From: Xanthobacteraceae bacterium
GTDB lineage: Bacteria > Pseudomonadota > Alphaproteobacteria > Rhizobiales > Xanthobacteraceae
Assembly (NCBI GenBank): GCA_049285335.1
Contig: JBAPZR010000639.1
Span: forward strand, 12,386 to 76,385
Direction: 5' to 3'
Length of the DNA stretch: 64,000 nt
Under the pieces are notes generated by a model that ran no database searches, was not told where the DNA came from, and saw only the letters and a program-made list of their open reading frames with translations. Positions 59,732-64,000 of the stretch are shown here, piece after piece. The translations under genes and the position numbers were made by a program. Each line of letters begins with the position of its first letter. Positions within the stretch are counted from its first letter, which is position 1.

Positions 59732-61037
59732 TTATTGAGAAAGTCGCGCGCTGGAGATGGCCTCTTGAAACAGCGTCTGCATCGCCGCCGTGATGTCGCC
59801 GTCGGTAGTGACCTGAAAAAACAGCCCCGGCGAGGCGCAGCTTTCCATGTTCGGCTCGATATCGCTCTGAAACGGCGCGATAGAATCATTGTACCAAGAA
59901 TTGGTGGGCAGCGGCAGATACTCGGTATAGAGCACGGCAATAAAGATACCTCGAGACTTTATTTTCGTGCACCACGTCGTATCAAAGGGCTCCTGACAAC
60001 GGGTTCCGCTCAATTGCTGCGAGCAGGAGACGTCGATCTCGTCGTCGACCCCGTCGGTGACGAGGAACAAAACCTCTTGCGGCGGGCTGCCCAACAAACC
60101 CGATCCCGGGTTCGGCATGAGCGTGTTCATCTCCGACATGGCGGTTTCGAAGTTGGTATCGGTATCGTTGTTCTGATTCGTCTTTGTCAGCCAATTGTTG
60201 TCGTACACCTCCAGCACATTGATGTTCTGGGCGGCGGCTGCCGCCGTCGTCATATTGGAGGTCAATTTTTGGATTGTGCTGGTGCCGGAGCCGTTGAACG
60301 TGTAGATGGCCATCTGATACGTCGAATTGGTCGCGGTCGCCGTCGTGGCTGCGGTGGTCATCAGCGATTGCGTCGCGGTCGCCATGTTTTCGATTCGCGT
60401 TACGACATTCAGGTTTATTGCCAGCTGATAATTGTCTACTCCGCCCGGGTTGCCCAGGTTGTCGGCCTTGGGGTTCGATTCATGGCAGGCAAAGGCGCAG
60501 CCGCCCTGCGACTTGGTGTTGGCGACCATCGTGTTGATGCCGGATGTCGTCGCCGCAATGTCCATGGACGGCGAATTGTCGAGCAGCAAATAGAAGTTGA
60601 TGTTGGGCGAGTAACTCGACGTCGCGGTCGACGACCCTTGCCCAGGCCGGCTGTCCCAGGATGCCCTGGAACGCGTTGCTCGATGCGGCCGTGTAGGTCA
60701 CGGTAGAGGTGCGGACGAGTCCGTTCTGGACGATATTGATATTGGGGTTGCTGTAGCTCAGTCCCTTGACTGTCGACGCTTCGCCCGCGAAGACGGCCTG
60801 CGCGACGGCGTGCGCGGTGGCGATCGATTGACTTGCCATTTTAGGAGTGACGGCCGAGAGGGCAGCGGCGTCTGCCGCCGCATTGAGGCGCGCCCGCTTT
60901 TGCGTCGCCGACGTGAAGTCTAAGGCCATTCCCGCCAAGAACACGATCGGAACCAGCGATAGCGCAAAGATGATCGCGACGTTGCCTCTGAGGTTTCGAA
61001 TGAATCGCCTTGCAAAAGGTAAAAGCCGCCTCGACAT
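59732..61037 (-). pseudogene. TadG-like pilus assembly protein (Tad N-terminal motif plus vWA domain) interrupted by a 1-nt frameshift
   Basis: The N-terminal part (61037 down to about 60650, RGNVAIIFALSLVPIVFLAGMALDF) and the vWA part (about 60650 to 59732, NINFYLLLDNSPSM) lie in different frames. Both frames are open across 60600-60660. Confidence 0.7.
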
Positions 61038-61252
61038 GACGCACCCGGTGGTTAAACGGCGCTGATCGGAGCAAAACTTTAGGTCTCCGGTCTTGCCGAA
61101 GCCTTGCGCAAAAAGCGAAAATTTAAATCCATTTCGAAAGAAAGTCGGTGTGCGCCCCCATGTCGTTCGGCTGCCTACGCCGGAGCTCGATGCCCCGTTC
61201 AGATGACGTCCGCCTTGTCTCTGAAAAGCGGACATCCGGGACAGTCTTTGTC

Positions 61253-61353
61253 CACGACAGCTGCCTGTCGCTTCACTTTCCCAGGGCGTTCCGGTTAGAC
61301 AGGAGCACCAGTAAGGTCCCGTAGCTCAGCAGGATAGAGCAGCGGTTTCCTAA
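61253..61353 (+). repeat. Direct repeat A: tRNA-Arg upstream leader plus 5' half of the tRNA (truncated pseudo-tRNA 61315-61353)
   Basis: 61293-61353 is identical to 62571-62631 (61 nt). 61253-61292 is about 85 percent identical to 62532-62570. Similarity ends in the anticodon loop (..CCTAA). Confidence 0.85.
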
Positions 61354-61556
61354 TACGAATTGTGCTCTTTGCATGGAGCATCGTAGCGCTGCGTTTTTTA
61401 AATTAATCCAATAACTTGTATTCTTTGATCGTCTCATAGTGCTCTATGGATATCCGCCTCTAAACAGGTGATTGCGGAACAAAAACGGAGCGAAAAATTT
61501 GCCCTGCCGTTTTTACGAGCGTGAATGTTATCGGTCAGCCGATCACGTCACTTACA

Positions 61557-61655
61557 TTGGAGTTTGATATTGCCATCAATCTGAAGATCGCCAAGGTGCC
61601 TGACGGTGCCTCCAACGTTAGTTGCATCTGCCCGTCCGATTAGACGGAATGTTTG
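61557..61655 (+). pseudogene. Remnant of the C-terminus of an ABC substrate-binding protein gene (frameshifted)
   Basis: EFDIAINLKIAK in one frame continues as LTVPPTLVASA in another. Together they resemble the common C-terminal motif [26 protein letters not shown]. No upstream body is present. Confidence 0.35.
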
Positions 61656-62512
61656 GCCAAGAACGCAAGAACAAGACTGGCGACTTCATCGTTCTTCTCG
61701 TCCAAGGCGAAATGGCCGGCGTCGAGTAAATGTATTTCGGCTTCCGGAAGATCGCGATGGAACGCCTCGGCTCCCGGCGCGATAAACGATGGATCGTTCC
61801 GGCCCCATACAACCAAAGTCGGCGGTTTGTGCTCGCGCAGCCACGCCTGCCACGCCGCATAGGAAGCGACGTTGGTTCGGTAGTCGTAGAGCAGAGCGGC
61901 CTGAATCTCGCGTTGGCCTGGTTTCGACAGGTGAACATACTCATCGGTCCAGGTATCCGGATTATACCGCTCGGGATGCGAGGTACCGAGTGTATGACGT
62001 TGTTCGGTTGCTGCGAATGACACGAACGTATCGAACACTTCAGGATGCCCCTTTGGATCGGACCAATAATGCGCGATGCCGGCCCACTTGGCGCCCAGGC
62101 CTTCCTGATAGACGTTGGCGTTCTGAATGATGAGAGCCTGCACGCACTCGGGATGGGCCAACATGATGCGGAAGCCGACCGGGCCGCCGTAGTCATGAAG
62201 AAAGAAGATGCATTTCTCGATCTTGAGTTGCTCCAGGAAACTATTGGTCGTCTCGGCCAGGTGATCGAAGGTGTAGGCGTAGGACGACGGCGGCGGAGCG
62301 TCGCTCAAGCCGAAGCCCGGGAAGTCCGGTGCGACCACGTGATATCGTGTGGCAAGCAGCGGAATGAGCGAATCGAATTCGCGCGAGGAGGAAGGGAACC
62401 CGTGCAGCAGCACGATCGTCGGCGCGTTCTTCGGACCGGCCTCCCGATAGAAGATGCCGACACGATCGACTGTCACACGGTGATAGCTCGTCGTAGCAGC
62501 CGTCGACTCCAT
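61640..62512 (-). CDS. Alpha/beta hydrolase (epoxide hydrolase/haloalkane dehalogenase-like)
   Basis: LLHGFPSSSREF, nucleophile motif LHDYGGPVG, C-terminal DAGHFALDE. Confidence 0.85.
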   Translation of the reverse strand: MESTAATTSYHRVTVDRVGIFYREAGPKNAPTIVLLHGFPSSSREFDSLIPLLATRYHVVAPDFPGFGLSDAPPPSSYAYTFDHLAETTNSFLEQLKIEKCIFFLHDYGGPVGFRIMLAHPECVQALIIQNANVYQEGLGAKWAGIAHYWSDPKGHPEVFDTFVSFAATEQRHTLGTSHPERYNPDTWTDEYVHLSKPGQREIQAALLYDYRTNVASYAAWQAWLREHKPPTLVVWGRNDPSFIAPGAEAFHRDLPEAEIHLLDAGHFALDEKNDEVASLVLAFLAKHSV

Positions 62513-62592
62513 CGGATTTCCCTCTGCGAGGCACGACGGGTGCCTGTCGCTTCACTTTTCCAGGCGCTCTGGTTAGACAGGAGCACCAGTAA

Positions 62593-62669
62593 GGTCCCGT
62601 AGCTCAGCAGGATAGAGCAGCGGTTTCCTAAACCGAAGGTCAGAGGTTCGAGTCCTCTCGGGACCGCCA
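62593..62669 (+). tRNA. tRNA-Arg (anticodon CCT)
   Basis: Cloverleaf folded by hand. Acceptor GGTCCCG/CGGGACC, D arm GCTC/GAGC, anticodon loop TTCCTAA, T arm AGAGG-TTCGAGT-CCTCT, discriminator G, encoded CCA. Confidence 0.92.
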
Positions 62670-62689
62670 AGAAATCAACTACTTAGCTC

Positions 62690-63055
62690 TTAGCGGTTAG
62701 CTTGAAACGGTCGAATTGCCACCGACTTGCCACCGACCTTTTCAGCAAGCGCTTGCCGCAACCAAGTATCCACGCCTGCCGCAGCGTCGGCCTGCATGTT
62801 CGGAACGAACGCAGCGTAGACCGATAGATGCGCACGCTCACGAGCCTCGTCGAACAACTCAGGATGCAACGTCAGATACTCGTTGGCTTTGGCCGTGATC
62901 TCGGCAGGGCAGACCAGCGTCATCCGTCTGCCTTCATTGCGCAGTTGTTCTTTGACTGCCTTCTTGGCCGCCAATTTGGCCAGGGTGAAGATCGCGGACC
63001 TCGACCGCATTCGAGCCTTGCCCTGGACCTGGTGGCTGATTCCTCGCATTCTCAC
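62690..63055 (-). CDS. Hypothetical protein adjacent to the tRNA
   Basis: ORF only. The internal start at 63010 (MRSRSAIFTLAKLAAKKAVKEQLRNEG..) looks more protein-like. No recognisable motif. Confidence 0.35.
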   Translation of the reverse strand: MRMRGISHQVQGKARMRSRSAIFTLAKLAAKKAVKEQLRNEGRRMTLVCPAEITAKANEYLTLHPELFDEARERAHLSVYAAFVPNMQADAAAGVDTWLRQALAEKVGGKSVAIRPFQANR

Positions 63056-63065
63056 AAAAACCGGA

Positions 63066-63790
63066 ATGCGCCGTGTGTTGCGCCGCCCGATTGCTGACTT
63101 TGGCGATTACTCGGAATGTGTTGCTGGACGGAACGGCTTGGAGATCGGCGGCCCAAGTCAAATTTTTCGCCCCAGTGGACTAATCCCCGTTTACGAGTTG
63201 GCAGGCTCCATTGATAACTGCAATTTCAGTTCGGACACGGTATGGGCTAAGGGCCTAACGGCGGGGAAGACCTTCCGTTTTTCATCTGCAAAGCCTGCGG
63301 GCTATACGTTGTGGAGGCGACCTCTCTGCCCTCCGAATTAGACAGCCATTACGATTTCGTACTTTCAAGCCATATGCTCGAACACACTGCAAATCCATTG
63401 CAAGCTCTGTACGCATGGCGTCGAGTACTTCGGCCAGGTGGCAGCCTCCTTCTTGTCCTACCGGACAAACATTGGACATTCGATCACCTTCGCCCGATTA
63501 CCGAGATGCAACACCTAATTGATGATTTTGAAGCAGGCAGGGGCGAGGAAGATCTAACCCATGTGCCGGAGGTTCTCAGGTTGAATGATTTATCGCGTAA
63601 CTGGCCTATCACACGCAAACAGCTCGAAGAATCTGCGTGGCGAAACCCGGAACTGAGGTACATTCATCATCACGTGTTTGATACTAGGCTTGTTCGGCAA
63701 ATCCTTCAGCATTGCGGGTTCGCCATCAAGAAACTGTCGGAGCAATTTCCGAACCACATCGTCGCTCTTGCCAGAGTAGAAAGTCGCTAG
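63066..63790 (+). pseudogene. Class I SAM-dependent methyltransferase split by a frameshift near 63300-63312
   Basis: The N-terminal part (GLEIGGPSQIF...DNCNFSSDTVW) is in the frame of 63066..63341. It continues (EATSLPSELDSHYDFVLSSHMLEHTANPLQAL..LLLVLPDK) in the frame of 63311..63790. Confidence 0.6.
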
Positions 63791-64000
63791 AAGGGCAGGG
63801 CGGATTTTCCAGCCCACTAGTGGCCGCGCCCTGATCATGAGAACTGGGGTTCGCCGATAGCTCCGGCAGCAAAGTTCGTCGCAATCCGCCGTTGCCTCGT
63901 AGCGTTGTCCTAAATCCCAAGCGTGGTGGAACAAGAATGCGGTGATGTAGGTTGCCATTTATCACCGGCTGCGGCTCTGCCAAGGCGCTGGTGGCTGAGA

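Noticed and set aside
62690-63055. ORF next to the tRNA, considered as an integrase remnant.
   Set aside because: No tyrosine-recombinase motifs (no R..HxxR..Y pattern). It is kept only as a low-confidence hypothetical CDS.
63726-63983. 85-aa and 122-aa minus-strand ORFs at the window end.
   Set aside because: They overlap the methyltransferase 3' end, their translations are not protein-like, and the window edge prevents assessment.

Overview
GC-rich segment that looks like an alphaproteobacterial (Rhizobiales-type) chromosome. I infer this from the PhyR-NepR-EcfG stress switch, gene order and protein motifs; no database search or GC calculation was possible. About 1-45 kb is conserved housekeeping core: the ecfG-nepR/phyR general stress response locus, a liv-type ABC amino-acid transporter, ubiG, grxC, comF, mutT, argJ, secA, accA, xerD, aroK-aroB, cobS-cobT, rpmB, a Suv3-like helicase, fdxA and carD. 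At 45.8-48.9 kb sits a four-gene copper module (DUF2946-like, outer-membrane barrel, CopC, CopD). From about 49 kb to the end the sequence is patchier and visibly less GC-rich: small hypothetical genes, a phasin, a YpfJ-type peptidase, a DUF1127 micro-ORF below the ORF-track cutoff, TadE/TadE/TadG pilus genes, two frameshifted genes, and a tRNA-Arg(CCU) whose 5' half plus upstream leader is duplicated 1.28 kb away around a small cassette. I saw no rRNA, CRISPR array, transposase, integrase or recognisable defence system. Many long ORFs in the track are antisense shadow ORFs typical of high-GC DNA and were not called. The most interesting items are non-coding. (1) A candidate 93-nt sRNA next to phyR with an EcfG-like promoter, a 12-bp hairpin presenting a C-rich anti-Shine-Dalgarno loop, and an intrinsic terminator. 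(2) A roughly 160-nt double-hairpin element present twice, each copy directly after the stop codon of an exported-protein gene, with a compensatory base-pair change between the copies. (3) The copper module and the direct repeats in its leader. (4) The tRNA-Arg 5'-half duplication. All family assignments come from motif recognition by eye and need HMM/BLAST confirmation.
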